A stretch of 64,000 bases of DNA from Treponema sp. (GTDB taxonomy: Bacteria > Spirochaetota > Spirochaetia > Treponematales > Treponemataceae): contig JAFLSO010000003.1 of the NCBI GenBank assembly GCA_022510925.1, forward strand, positions 28,159 through 92,158, read 5' to 3'. Positions 1-10,317 of this stretch are shown here, in pieces. The number at the start of each line of letters is the position of its first letter. Positions within the stretch are counted from its first letter, which is position 1. Made by a program: the position numbers and the translations under genes. The notes under the pieces were generated by a model. The model saw nothing but the letters and a program-made list of their open reading frames with translations. It was not told where the DNA came from and did no database searches.

Positions 1-1
1 T

Positions 2-1168
2 GAGGGCCATATAAAGCGGCTCTCGCGTGAGTGCGGCACTGGTGTGGAGGAGGCCGCGCGCGCCGTGCGCTATGAGCGCTTCGAGTCTTTTGTGCGTGAG
101 AAAGGCGTGGACTTTCTGTGCCTGGCGCATCATGCCGACGACCAGTGCGAGACAGTGCTCATGCGCTTTCTGCAGGGAAGCGCGGATTTGTCAGGCATTC
201 CGCGTGCGCGCTCCTGCTTCATACGGCCCATGCTCGGCATTAAAAGGAGCAGTGTGGAGCGCTATCTGGAAGAGAGGAAAATCACTTACAGGACGGACTC
301 CACTAACCGGAGCCTTTCCATGCTCCGTAACCGCATCCGTAACTGCGTAATGCCCGTCCTGGATGAGGCGGTGCCCGGCTGGAGGAAGAGCGTTCTTAGC
401 CTTTCAGTTAAGGCGGGAGAGGACTCTCTTTTCATACGGCAGGCCGCGGACTCCGCGTGGAAGTCTTTCTTTAAAGAGGAGGCTTCGGACGGCGGTGTGA
501 CTTTCTGGATTGAGGCCGCGGATTTTATCATGCTGCCTGCTGCGCTAAGATGGAGGCTCATTATGCGCGCCGCAGACGGTGTGCACGCGCATGAGGAAAA
601 TGACCGTTCTGACGGAGGCCCGCGCGAAAGGGTCCCATGGTCGTTCTGCAGCTCCGTGTCAGAGAAAGCTGACGTCTCTTTAAGCGGCGCGGGCAATGCG
701 GGACCTTGGAGCGAGACATGCGGCATGGTGTGCGTGCGCTTTGACGGAAAAAGAATAAGCGTGCAGAGGAAAGCCCCGGTAGCGACAGAGAGCGGATTTT
801 TTGTTATAGTGGAGAGGGGAGGCGTGTACGTGGCGGGACCGTGGTCATTCAGCGTGTCTGACGGCGGGACTGTGAGCGGCCTTAGCTTTGAGGGCGGGGA
901 CTTTGCGCCGTGCGCGCGTGAGGGCGACCTGCTTACGGTAAGGTTTCCGTTCGTGTTCCGCTCCCTTATGCCCGGCGACAGGGTGAGGGATTCCGGCGGA
1001 AGAATGCGCGGTGTCTCCGGGATTCTGGACGGCTGGAAGTGCGGCGATTTAAAATTCCTGGTGCCGGTGGTGCAGAATCTTTCCGGGCAGGAGAAAAGCA
1101 TAGCGGCGGTCCTGGGGGCGGCCTGCGGATTTAAGGATTGGATTGTGAGGAATGAGGATTTAGTATGA
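2..1168 (+). CDS. tilS: tRNA(Ile)-lysidine synthase, 5' end truncated by the window edge
   Basis: The frame is open from base 2 and in frame with track ORF 44..1168. Motifs EEAARAVRY, LAHHADDQCETVLMRFLQG, IRPMLG and NRSLSMLRNRIR are typical TilS PP-loop family segments. Confidence 0.92.
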   Translation, partial: EGHIKRLSRECGTGVEEAARAVRYERFESFVREKGVDFLCLAHHADDQCETVLMRFLQGSADLSGIPRARSCFIRPMLGIKRSSVERYLEERKITYRTDSTNRSLSMLRNRIRNCVMPVLDEAVPGWRKSVLSLSVKAGEDSLFIRQAADSAWKSFFKEEASDGGVTFWIEAADFIMLPAALRWRLIMRAADGVHAHEENDRSDGGPRERVPWSFCSSVSEKADVSLSGAGNAGPWSETCGMVCVRFDGKRISVQRKAPVATESGFFVIVERGGVYVAGPWSFSVSDGGTVSGLSFEGGDFAPCAREGDLLTVRFPFVFRSLMPGDRVRDSGGRMRGVSGILDGWKCGDLKFLVPVVQNLSGQEKSIAAVLGAACGFKDWIVRNEDLV

Positions 1169-3279
1169 GAACTGCGTTTTTTATTTTGTGTGCGGCCCTT
1201 TCTTTTGCCCCGCTCCTGGCGCAGGAGTCCGATGACGGCATACGCCCGCAGGTTCAGAGCGCGAACAGAAGGACCGCCCTCAGGTGCCTTTCCCTGGCTA
1301 AGAATTATGCGGGCGACAAGGACTGGAGCGCGGCCATATCGCAGGCTACGCTCGGGCTCGCGTATGACGAGACTCTTTCTGACCTGTGGTACATACTCTC
1401 GCTCTCAAACACTCATCTGGAGGCTCCGCGCGCCAAGATTCTTCCGCTTGTGCAGAGGGCGCTGGATGAGAATAACTGGGTGGACTACAACCGTGACGGC
1501 GCCCGCCTTATGTACGCGGATTTGCTCTGCGACACGGGGCGCTTTTATATGGTGCCGCAAATTCTGGACGCCGGGCCCATGCTGTATTCGGCGGACGCTG
1601 AGTTCATACGTGCCAAGGCTTTCTACCGCATGGGAACGCCGGAGTCAGTCTCAAAGGCCCGCGACAAAATAGAGAGCGCAAGGAGGATTTATCCTTCCGA
1701 CACAAGGTTCCCCCTTCTGTTCTTTAAGAATGAGTCTCATCTGGACACGTCGCAGGATGTCCGGCGTCTGGCGGATTTCTTTACGGCGCAGGCCCTGCAA
1801 TATGTGGAGGCCTCGCCCGACAAGGACGCGGAGCTTGAGATTTACGCCGCCAGGTTCTCCTCAGGTAAACAGAAAGAGCATCTTTTAAAATCTTTCTCCG
1901 CGAGAGGACTTCGCCATCCGCTGTACGCCGTTACTGCGCTTGAGTGCGGCCTTATAAGCGAGCGGTCCGCGCTGCGCTATCTGGTGCCGTTCGCGGAGGA
2001 CAGCATAAGCCTTTCCGTGCTCAGGGAATTCATCCCCATGCTTACGGATGAGTCCGTAATCGCAGAGGCCAGGGATTATTTAGCGTCGTACTCAGGCGTG
2101 ATTGTCCATGACACTGACGGTGACGGTCTGGATAACATTTACGTTAAGTATTCGCGCGGAAGGCCGGAGACGATTTATTTTGACAGGAACCAGGACGGCG
2201 AGACGGACTGGACTGTGGTGTGCGATTACGGTGTTCCGGTCTCTGGCAATCTGGCGGAGCGCAGGATGAATTTCTCATGGAGTGAGTATCCGTATCTTTC
2301 CCGGGTGGATTTCCTTAATTCCGCGGGTGACGTGAGCGAGCATTTCTCGCTTCTGGCAGAGACTTTAAAATGGACGCCGCTCAGCATGGAGGAGGAGCCC
2401 GTGATTTCGTCCGCCATAAAGGGCAGGTTCTTTTTCCCCGCCACGGACATGCATGAGGCCCCGCTTACAAACGATATTCTTCTTCGCTCCTGCTCATCGT
2501 TCACAGTGCCCTCATCAGAGCGCGCTGGCGCCGTGATAGAATTCACGGTCCTTTCCGGGCACCTGCGTCTGGCGCGGTATTATGCGGACGGAAAGCTTTA
2601 CGCGCAGACTGAATTCCAGAATGATGTGCCTGTGCTGCGTGTGGTGGACAAGGACGGCGACGGTATTTTTGAGACCACGGAATTCTATGCGGTGGGAACT
2701 GACGGTATGGGCCTGGTCCATTCGCTGGAGGATGAGAGCGCGATAATGGTGAACCTTTTCGGTGTGCCGTCCGGCGCCGCGCGCTTTTATCTGCGCATGG
2801 TGCAGGTGGACATGAACGGCGACACTGTTCCTAACTTTACGGAAGAATACGTGGAGCGCGGAGGAAAGATTGCCTCGTGGGACACTGACGGCGACGGCAT
2901 CTGGGAGACGCGCTACGTGCTTTATCCGTCTGATGATACGGGCGAGAAAATCGAGGAGTCTTTTTTCCGCCTGCATCCGTCAGGCGAGCTTATAAGCGTA
3001 AAATGCCGCGGCGGTGTGCCCTATGCGGTTTTCAGCGGGCAGGATGACAGCAGGGTGAGACTGGATGTATCGGAGTCAGACGTGAGCGGATTCTACTGGC
3101 TGGGGCGTGCGGGCTCCGAGTCAATGGCAAAGAAATGCGCGCAGACGCTGGACCTGACCGCGGCTCAGGGAGTATGCGCTGTGGTCTCGGACGCAGGCGA
3201 GCGGGCCGTATGCGTGCGGTTCGGCTCCCTGTGCTACGGAATGCTCGTTCCGGAAGAGGATTATGAGAAAGATTATTAG
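1165..3279 (+). CDS. Exported hypothetical protein with an N-terminal helical/TPR-like region and five DxDxDG-like motifs
   Basis: 704-aa ORF with a signal-peptide-like N-terminus (MRTAFFILCAALSFAPLLA). It overlaps tilS by ATGA. Motifs: DTDGDG, DRNQDG, DKDGDG, DMNGDT, DTDGDG. Confidence 0.75.
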   Translation: MRTAFFILCAALSFAPLLAQESDDGIRPQVQSANRRTALRCLSLAKNYAGDKDWSAAISQATLGLAYDETLSDLWYILSLSNTHLEAPRAKILPLVQRALDENNWVDYNRDGARLMYADLLCDTGRFYMVPQILDAGPMLYSADAEFIRAKAFYRMGTPESVSKARDKIESARRIYPSDTRFPLLFFKNESHLDTSQDVRRLADFFTAQALQYVEASPDKDAELEIYAARFSSGKQKEHLLKSFSARGLRHPLYAVTALECGLISERSALRYLVPFAEDSISLSVLREFIPMLTDESVIAEARDYLASYSGVIVHDTDGDGLDNIYVKYSRGRPETIYFDRNQDGETDWTVVCDYGVPVSGNLAERRMNFSWSEYPYLSRVDFLNSAGDVSEHFSLLAETLKWTPLSMEEEPVISSAIKGRFFFPATDMHEAPLTNDILLRSCSSFTVPSSERAGAVIEFTVLSGHLRLARYYADGKLYAQTEFQNDVPVLRVVDKDGDGIFETTEFYAVGTDGMGLVHSLEDESAIMVNLFGVPSGAARFYLRMVQVDMNGDTVPNFTEEYVERGGKIASWDTDGDGIWETRYVLYPSDDTGEKIEESFFRLHPSGELISVKCRGGVPYAVFSGQDDSRVRLDVSESDVSGFYWLGRAGSESMAKKCAQTLDLTAAQGVCAVVSDAGERAVCVRFGSLCYGMLVPEEDYEKDY

Positions 3280-4948
3280 TTGTTTTGCCGCCGCCGGGAT
3301 TTTTCTGGCGTGCCATGCGCTTGTCTCCTGCGGAAGCCTGAGGGAGCCGGATGAGATTTTTGCGCCTGTGGATTACACGGAGGAGAACGCCGTCTCCGAT
3401 GAGATAAAAGCCGTGCGCGCCTTGCTGGATAATTCCGATTCTGACGGCGGCACCAGGGCCCTGTGGCGCTCCCGCCTTATTTTGGACAAAGTGCCGTCAA
3501 ACGCGCTGGCGGAGGAACTGTTCGATGACTGCGGCGGCTTTGTCCTTGCGAATCTTAAGGACTCCGTGGAGAGCCATGACATGGTGGGCGCCGTGCGCCT
3601 TTACGAAAGCCTCAGGGCCGCGGGTTATTTTTCAAGCCGAGGAATAGATTTTCCCGCGCCGTCCATCCCGCTTGATTCCGTGCCGGGACTTTCACCTGTC
3701 GCGGGCGGGTCCGGGGAGAGGAAAGTCTCGGAATTCATAAAGGGCACTGTGACCGTATATGTGGACAAGGGCATAAAGGTGGAGCGCGGCATAGGCTTTA
3801 CTGACGCGGTTCTGGGAAGCGGATTCTTTATCTCACGCGACGGATACATAATCACTAACCATCATGTAATAGCGGACATGGTTGACAAAAAATCGCAGGG
3901 ATATTCCAGGCTGTACGTGAAGCTGGCCGAGGACCCCGACACCCGCATTCCCGCCAAAGTCATAGGCTGGGACAGCCTGCTTGATCTGGCGCTTATAAAA
4001 ACTGAGGTGGAGGCCCCGTATGTTTTCGCGCTCGGCTCGTCCGAGGACCTTGACGTGGGTAACCCTGTGTATGCCATAGGCTCTCCTCTGGGACTGGAGC
4101 GGACTCTGACGAGGGGCATAATATCCGCCAAGGACAGGAGGCTTTTCTCCATGGGATTCGTGTTCCAGATTGACGCGGCGGTCAATTCAGGGAACAGCGG
4201 AGGACCGCTCATAGACGAGGCCGGACGGGTGCAGGCCATAGTGTTCGCGGGCGTGCAGAATTATCAAGGGCTTAACTTTGCCATTCCCGTGGAGTACCTT
4301 AAATATGAGCTTCCGTTCCTGTATGCGGGCGGCGAGAGAGAGCATCCGTGGATAGGCGCATTCGGGCGCACGCAGCGGAGGAGCGGGAGCGGTGCCGTGA
4401 ACGAGGGGCTCAAGGTGCAGTACGTGATGCCGGGCTCCAGCGCTTACCGCGCGGGAATCTCGGAGGATGACATAATAGTGGCGCTGAACGGGCTTGCGGT
4501 GAATTCGCTGGACGATTTGCAGAGCTGTTTCATACGGAGCCAGACCGGAACCATAGCGGACGTTACGGTGATGACGCCGCTGTCTGACGGCGAGGGATTC
4601 TCCACGGAGCACAGGCTTGTGTATCTGGAGAGGCGCCCTCAGAATCCCGGGTACGAGGTTTACCGCCATGACCTGCTCGCGGACTCCATGGTGCCCATCA
4701 TGGGATTCAGGCTTGTGCGCGCGAGCACGTCAAACCGCCGCCGCTACTCTGTGGTGAGCGTTTTGAAAGGAAGCGTGGCGGACGAGGCGGGGTTCAGCGA
4801 GTCTGACCCGGTGGACATTCTGGGAGTGAGCTTTAACGATGAGAAGAGCGCCGCGTACATAGAGCTGTACGCCAAAAAACGCAAGAACGGATTCCTGGAC
4901 GTTACGCTCGGTCTCACTGTGCCCATGGACAGCCCGTACTATTTCTGA
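3263..4948 (+). CDS. htrA: HtrA/DegP-family serine protease with PDZ domain(s), probable lipoprotein
   Basis: Catalytic triad contexts ITNHHVI, LDLALIK and DAAVNSGNSGGPL. PDZ-like segment VMPGSSAYRAGISEDDIIVALNG. Lipobox-like LVSC. Confidence 0.9.
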   Translation: MRKIISCFAAAGIFLACHALVSCGSLREPDEIFAPVDYTEENAVSDEIKAVRALLDNSDSDGGTRALWRSRLILDKVPSNALAEELFDDCGGFVLANLKDSVESHDMVGAVRLYESLRAAGYFSSRGIDFPAPSIPLDSVPGLSPVAGGSGERKVSEFIKGTVTVYVDKGIKVERGIGFTDAVLGSGFFISRDGYIITNHHVIADMVDKKSQGYSRLYVKLAEDPDTRIPAKVIGWDSLLDLALIKTEVEAPYVFALGSSEDLDVGNPVYAIGSPLGLERTLTRGIISAKDRRLFSMGFVFQIDAAVNSGNSGGPLIDEAGRVQAIVFAGVQNYQGLNFAIPVEYLKYELPFLYAGGEREHPWIGAFGRTQRRSGSGAVNEGLKVQYVMPGSSAYRAGISEDDIIVALNGLAVNSLDDLQSCFIRSQTGTIADVTVMTPLSDGEGFSTEHRLVYLERRPQNPGYEVYRHDLLADSMVPIMGFRLVRASTSNRRRYSVVSVLKGSVADEAGFSESDPVDILGVSFNDEKSAAYIELYAKKRKNGFLDVTLGLTVPMDSPYYF

Positions 4949-5173
4949 CGCGAGCGCGTGGGGCAGAGACTGCCAGGCCTACGCCCGATGCGGAAGGCGC
5001 CCCGGCGGTGCGCAGCACTGCAACCTGGAGCAGCGGGGAACGGGTTGCCATGAGTGTTTGACGCGCGCATGGATGTTTATGATATGGCTCCGTCCAAAAA
5101 ACTTGCGTGTGATTTTCCTTCCGTGCCGCTTGCCTTGCGGTAACGCTTTTTTTCTGCTATGATTCTACGACCT

Positions 5174-6979
5174 ATGACAGAGCTAAAATACAAGCGGAAT
5201 TTCTGCATCACCGCCCATATTGACCACGGAAAGTCCACTCTGGCTGACCGCCTTATACAGCGCGCTAAAATCATTGACGACCGCCAGATGATGAACCAGA
5301 TTCTTGACAGCATGGACATAGAGCGTGAGCGGGGCATAACCATAAAGAGCCAGGCGGTTACGATTCCGTACCATGCCAAGGACGGCCACGACTACGAGCT
5401 GAATTTCGTGGACACTCCGGGGCACGTGGACTTTTCCTACGAGGTGAGCCGCGCCATAGCGTCGTGCGAGGGCGCGCTGCTTCTTATAGATGCCACGCAG
5501 GGCGTGGAGAGCCAGACGGTGAGCAACATGTATCTGGCGCTGGAGCAGGATCTGACCATAGTTCCCGTGGTGAACAAAATAGATTTGGCAAGCGCCGACG
5601 TGGAGGGCGTAAAAAAGCAGATAGACCATGATTTGGGGCTGGACTCCGCGGACGCGCAGCTGGTGAGCGCCAAGACAGGGCAGGGCATAGACGAGCTTAT
5701 GGAGGCCATAGTCACGAAATTTCCCGCGCCCACAGGTGATGTGGAGGCCCCGCTGCAGGCGCTTATATTTGACTGCCATTATGATGAGTACCGCGGCGTG
5801 GTGGTCCACATACGCGTAAAAGAGGGCCGTGTGAGGACCGGCGATGTCATACGCCTTATGAGCTCGGAGCACGAGTACAAGGTGGAGCAGGCGGGAGTCT
5901 TTAAAATCAAATATGAGGAGACAGGCGTTCTGGAGGCCGGGGACGTGGGCTACATAATCGCAGGCATAAAGGCGGTCCAGGACGTGCGTGTAGGAGACAC
6001 GGTGACATCGGTGGCGAACCCCGCCAGTGAGCCTCTTCCGGGTTTCAAGGACGTTAAGCCCGTGGTGTTCAGCTCCATTTATCCCATAGACTCCAACGAC
6101 TACGAGGAGCTTAAGGAGGCCATGGAGAAGCTGCGCCTTAACGACGCGAGCCTTGTCTACGAGAAAGACAACTCCCTTGCGCTGGGCAACGGTTTCAGAT
6201 GCGGATTTCTGGGGCTGCTGCATCTGGAGATAGTGCAGGAGCGGCTGGAGAGGGACTTCGGGCAGGTGGTGATTTTCACCGCGCCCAGCGTGCGCTACAA
6301 AGTTAAGCCTCAGGGAAAGGATGAGATTTTTGTGGATAATCCCGCGGACTTTCCTGACGGGAAAATAGAGCATTCGGAGGAGCCCTACATACGCGCCGTC
6401 ATAATGACACCATCTGAGTATCTGGGGAGCATAATGGAGCTCTGCCGCATAAAGCGCGGCTCGCAGACTAACATGCAGTATCTGGACGAGAAGCGCGTGG
6501 AACTCACTTACGATATGCCGCTCGCGGAAGTCCTTTTTGACTTTTACGACAAGCTCAAGAGTTACAGCCGCGGCTATGCCAGCTTTGACTACGATGTGAC
6601 GGATTACAGGCCCACAGATCTGATAAAAATAGACATACTCATTAACTCCAAGCCCGTGGATGCCCTGGCGCAGCTTTGCTACAGGCCCGGCGCGGTGGAC
6701 AGGGCGCGCAAAGTGTGCGAGCGGCTTAAAGGTGAGATTGCCCGCCAGCAGTTCAAGGTGGCCATACAGGGCGCCATAGGAAGCCAGATAATCGCCCGCG
6801 AGACGGTCAATCCCGTGCGCAAGGACGTGCTTGCCAAATGCTACGGCGGAGACATTACGCGAAAAAGGAAGCTTCTGGAGAAACAGAAGGAAGGAAAGAA
6901 GCGCATGCTTATGGCGGGAGACGTGGAGCTTCCGCAGAGCGCTTTCCTGGCAGTGCTTAAAGAGAAGCAGGATGACTGA
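5174..6979 (+). CDS. lepA: Elongation factor 4 (LepA)
   Basis: Motifs AHIDHGKSTLADR, ERERGITIK, DTPGHVDF, NKID, GFRCGFLGLLH and RKDVLAKCYGGDITRKRKLLEKQK. I moved the start from track position 5159 to the ATG at 5174. Confidence 0.97.
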   Translation: MTELKYKRNFCITAHIDHGKSTLADRLIQRAKIIDDRQMMNQILDSMDIERERGITIKSQAVTIPYHAKDGHDYELNFVDTPGHVDFSYEVSRAIASCEGALLLIDATQGVESQTVSNMYLALEQDLTIVPVVNKIDLASADVEGVKKQIDHDLGLDSADAQLVSAKTGQGIDELMEAIVTKFPAPTGDVEAPLQALIFDCHYDEYRGVVVHIRVKEGRVRTGDVIRLMSSEHEYKVEQAGVFKIKYEETGVLEAGDVGYIIAGIKAVQDVRVGDTVTSVANPASEPLPGFKDVKPVVFSSIYPIDSNDYEELKEAMEKLRLNDASLVYEKDNSLALGNGFRCGFLGLLHLEIVQERLERDFGQVVIFTAPSVRYKVKPQGKDEIFVDNPADFPDGKIEHSEEPYIRAVIMTPSEYLGSIMELCRIKRGSQTNMQYLDEKRVELTYDMPLAEVLFDFYDKLKSYSRGYASFDYDVTDYRPTDLIKIDILINSKPVDALAQLCYRPGAVDRARKVCERLKGEIARQQFKVAIQGAIGSQIIARETVNPVRKDVLAKCYGGDITRKRKLLEKQKEGKKRMLMAGDVELPQSAFLAVLKEKQDD

Positions 6980-6982
6980 GTC

Positions 6983-8662
6983 CTAGTCCTTAAGAGCAAG
7001 CCCTATCTGCTTTAAGAAAAAATCAGTCTCCGCGCGTACTCTTTTAAGGAACGCTGTGTCCATGCTGAATTTATATCCGTCGGGAAAGTGCAGGAAAAGG
7101 TATTCCCTGCATCTTAAGATATCCTCCGTCTGCCGCGCAAGATTTTCTCCGGGCTCATAGAACGCGGAGCGCTCGCCGTTCTTAAGAAGATCTCTGGCTT
7201 TCTCCAGAGCCATCCTCTCTTCCTCCAGATATTTTACGGCCCCCGGATTTTTACGCCCTGTTCCTGCATGCAAAGGAAGCCATACCTCATTCTCTGCGCG
7301 CGCGGTTCCGCACGGAATCGGCACGGGGAATTTTCTGGGTATGGAGAGGGGGATTCCTGTGGCGCCCGCGTCAAAAAGATTCTCCGTGCCGGAGAAAGTT
7401 CTGTTGAATAAATCGGCGTACATTCTGAGCGCCGCGCTCGTGCGTATCATCCTGCCGTCCTTTCCCTCCGCTTCCTGCGTGTCGTCCGCATAGGAAGCGT
7501 CATAGTTCTCTATAGGACGCGTTCTGCATGAGGCTATCATGCGCTCCCTGTGCGGGTACGTTCCTTTTGCGTGAGTGACACCGGCGGTGTAGCTGAAGTC
7601 AAGCCCGGCCGCATAGACAGGCACCGAGCGGTCTTTCCTGAGGGTCAGCGCTATGTGGACCGCCGTAAGCCCCACGGAGCCAAGCGCCGGAACCACGCTT
7701 TTAAAGTCCATGGCGTCCTTAAGATTCCTTATGAACCGCGCGCCGGTAAAATCGCTGAGGAACCATATCACAGGCGCCCCCGCGGCCTCTTTTATCTTGG
7801 GCGCGGAGACTAAATCCAGGAATATGGCGGGAAGACCGGGCCTCGCACCGCTGTAAGCTTTAAGAATCACATTCTGGCTTTCCACTCCCACCACGGCGTC
7901 AGGCATTATGCCATGCGCCTGCAGGGAAAGGAACGCGGCGTCCACAGCCAGTATGAAATATTTTCCCTCACGCGCGTCCTTTGGGAAATCAGGAGCGCAT
8001 CTTCCGCTCAGCAGCGCGTCAAGGCTTTCTCCCGCGCCGCACACCACCACAGGCTTCCCTATGCGCCCGGCGAAAGAGCTCAGCTCCATTCCGTTTGAGA
8101 AGTGCGCTGAATTCCTCAATAAGTTCTTGCAGTAGAGACGCCCCATTTTTGTGAGTGTGAGCCTGTTCTTCCAGAAACCGCCCACAATCTCCTGCGCGGC
8201 GGATATAATCCTGTCATAGACATCCGCATGAAGGCCCGCGCCCGCCGAGAAATCCACTCTCATCACGCGGCGTATCCCTCCGCTTTCCGCCGAGTCACGA
8301 AGAAAATCGTCCAGCGCTTCCAGGTCCTCCGTTCTGAAAAAACTCACGGCCTTTTTACCGGGCATGTCACTGAGTGTCTTCTCCGCCAGTGCGAACAGTT
8401 TTGGGTCCGCCTCCAGTGCCATTACCGAGCATGACTTTGCTTTGTCCAGAAGATCGGTGAGCCCGTACCATAGGACCGGCGAGCAGATTATCACCAGCGT
8501 CTCGGGAAGAAAGACTGTCCTCTGTATGAAAGCGCTTACAGCCGCCGCGGGATTGTACTTGGAATACAGAAAGCGGCCCTGATATTCCACTGTGTTTAAA
8601 ACAGAAAGCCCCCTTCCAGTTTCCACCAGACGGGGACTTTCCGTGTGCTTTTCTGTCTCCAA
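6983..8662 (-). CDS. DUF115 / MptE-like (motility accessory factor, Maf-type) protein
   Basis: N-terminal LYSKYNP, then PVVVCGAGESLD, ILAVDAA, PDAVVGVE, GSVG and AAGLDFSY match the DUF115/Maf pattern. TTG start lies 1 nt after the upstream stop. Confidence 0.75.
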   Translation of the reverse strand: METEKHTESPRLVETGRGLSVLNTVEYQGRFLYSKYNPAAAVSAFIQRTVFLPETLVIICSPVLWYGLTDLLDKAKSCSVMALEADPKLFALAEKTLSDMPGKKAVSFFRTEDLEALDDFLRDSAESGGIRRVMRVDFSAGAGLHADVYDRIISAAQEIVGGFWKNRLTLTKMGRLYCKNLLRNSAHFSNGMELSSFAGRIGKPVVVCGAGESLDALLSGRCAPDFPKDAREGKYFILAVDAAFLSLQAHGIMPDAVVGVESQNVILKAYSGARPGLPAIFLDLVSAPKIKEAAGAPVIWFLSDFTGARFIRNLKDAMDFKSVVPALGSVGLTAVHIALTLRKDRSVPVYAAGLDFSYTAGVTHAKGTYPHRERMIASCRTRPIENYDASYADDTQEAEGKDGRMIRTSAALRMYADLFNRTFSGTENLFDAGATGIPLSIPRKFPVPIPCGTARAENEVWLPLHAGTGRKNPGAVKYLEEERMALEKARDLLKNGERSAFYEPGENLARQTEDILRCREYLFLHFPDGYKFSMDTAFLKRVRAETDFFLKQIGLALKD

Positions 8663-8663
8663 T

Positions 8664-10190
8664 TTAGTTCAGAACTGCGTTTGTGGCGGCGGCCACGTTG
8701 TTGACCACTTTGTCGGAGGAGAGCAGGGTGTTCCGTGCGCTATCGGAATCAATGCCGGATATCCTTTCTGCGAGCGAGTCCCCGTCTTCCCCGGAGGGCA
8801 CGAATGAAATCTCCGTGCACTCAAGGACTATTACGTTGCTGCCCAGAATTATCGGAGCGCTTATGGCGCCCGCCTTCAGGGCGAACACTTTCTCCATGGC
8901 ATCAGCGTTCTGTGCCAGCCCGGAAAGCTCCGCCACAGGCGATGAGCCCTCGTAGAGTGATGACGCTCCGTAATTAAGCGCGAACGCCGGAACCTCCGTG
9001 AGCGTGACGTTATATGACGTGCACGCCCTTCTGAAATCAGATGCGGCCGCCTCGTCGGCGAAATCCTGCGCCAGAGTGCTGTAGTAATCCTCTATGTAGC
9101 CCCTCTCGTTGGACTTTATGTATGCCTCCACGTCGCCAAGCAGTGACTCGTCTGAAATGTCAGCGGCCACGGCAGGACCGTCGCACCTGAAAAAAGTCCA
9201 GCCTGTGTTCGTCTTGATTACGCCGCTGTACTCTCCCTCCGCAAGGCCCGTTATCTTTGCCAGGTCTCCGAGGTTCTCAAGCTTGTCCTCAATCTGATAG
9301 CTGTATGACTGCGTGACTTTTCCGTCGCTGTTAGTGTAATACTGCGCCGACTCATTCACCGCGTCCTCGAACGCCAGCGTCTCGTTTTTGATGCGCTTAA
9401 GGAGCGACTTTGCCTCTCCCTCGCTGTCAGCGCTTATGGCCGAAAGATTGTAGCGTATGAACATGCCCGCGTTATCCTCCGCGAACCTTGCCACTTCCTT
9501 CTCAGGGAGGGAATCCGTGCTGAACGCCGCCAGATTGAACGCATGCCTTCTGGACGCCATGTCCGCTATGAAAGCCTCTTCCCTGGCGTTGGGCTTAAGA
9601 CCGTAAAGGCTCTCGCCGTTAAACGTGCCTATCATGCCGGTGTCATCGCGCTTGTATGACGTTCCGAACACATCGTTGGTGTAGCGTGAGTAGGTGAGCA
9701 TCTCGCGTGCGTCGGCCCTCAGCTGCGTGAGCGTGGCCTCGTCAGTCTGATTGTACATTTTGGGAGAGTACTTGCCGGTCTCGTCCGTGAAGCGCGGAAG
9801 AAGAGCGCGGTCTATGGCACCCTGCGGAACTGCGTAGCCGCTTCTGGCCACAGCCTTTGAGAATGCCAGGGTCTGCACTGTCTGCACGAATGACTCATAG
9901 AAAATCTGGCGGTAAAGGAAGCTCTCCGCACCGTACTGCCTGTACTGGTCGAACGTCCCGTTCTGCTGATAGTAGCTTGTTATGTTTGAGACGGCGTTGG
10001 CGAATTTGGAGCCCTGCTCGTATTCTATTTTCTGACCGGCATAGGAGCCGAATTCCGGCAGCTGACTGCGGTTGAAAAGACTCTGGAAAACTGCGGCGCC
10101 GCCTACGGGCAAGAACACCACGGCGGATATAACCAGAATGATTACCGCACCTATCTTTGTCTCGCCTTTTTTCTTATTTTCTGTAGCCAT
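8664..10190 (-). CDS. Membrane-anchored SurA/PpiD-like periplasmic chaperone (peptidyl-prolyl isomerase-like)
   Basis: Single N-terminal TM helix (IGAVIILVISAVVFLPVGG), SurA-N-like helical region and a parvulin-like segment (AKSLLKRIKNETLAFEDAV...YSGVIKTNTGW). ATG 10190 has an AAGGA Shine-Dalgarno. Confidence 0.65.
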   Translation of the reverse strand: MATENKKKGETKIGAVIILVISAVVFLPVGGAAVFQSLFNRSQLPEFGSYAGQKIEYEQGSKFANAVSNITSYYQQNGTFDQYRQYGAESFLYRQIFYESFVQTVQTLAFSKAVARSGYAVPQGAIDRALLPRFTDETGKYSPKMYNQTDEATLTQLRADAREMLTYSRYTNDVFGTSYKRDDTGMIGTFNGESLYGLKPNAREEAFIADMASRRHAFNLAAFSTDSLPEKEVARFAEDNAGMFIRYNLSAISADSEGEAKSLLKRIKNETLAFEDAVNESAQYYTNSDGKVTQSYSYQIEDKLENLGDLAKITGLAEGEYSGVIKTNTGWTFFRCDGPAVAADISDESLLGDVEAYIKSNERGYIEDYYSTLAQDFADEAAASDFRRACTSYNVTLTEVPAFALNYGASSLYEGSSPVAELSGLAQNADAMEKVFALKAGAISAPIILGSNVIVLECTEISFVPSGEDGDSLAERISGIDSDSARNTLLSSDKVVNNVAAATNAVLN

Positions 10191-10228
10191 GAAAAGTATC
10201 CTTATTTTAGATAGAAATTTGTTGCATA

Positions 10229-10257
10229 ATTTTACCACTGTGAAAAAACGCTGTCAA
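10229..10257 (-). promoter_or_regulatory. sigma70 promoter of the PpiD-like/Maf operon
   Basis: Minus strand TTGACA (10252-10257), 17-nt spacer, then TAAAAT (10229-10234) preceded by TG-n (extended -10). Confidence 0.75.
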
Positions 10258-10317
10258 CGGAGTGACTTGCCGTTTGCCGGAAAAAGTAAAAATTCCGCAA
10301 AAAAACGGTTTATGTCC

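Noticed and set aside
4949-5134. GC-rich hairpins between htrA and lepA as a possible riboswitch or SRP RNA
   Set aside because: GCAGAGACTGCC loosely resembles the 3' end of a cobalamin riboswitch, but the other conserved elements are missing or out of order. The SRP core is also absent. An Infernal/Rfam scan would settle it.
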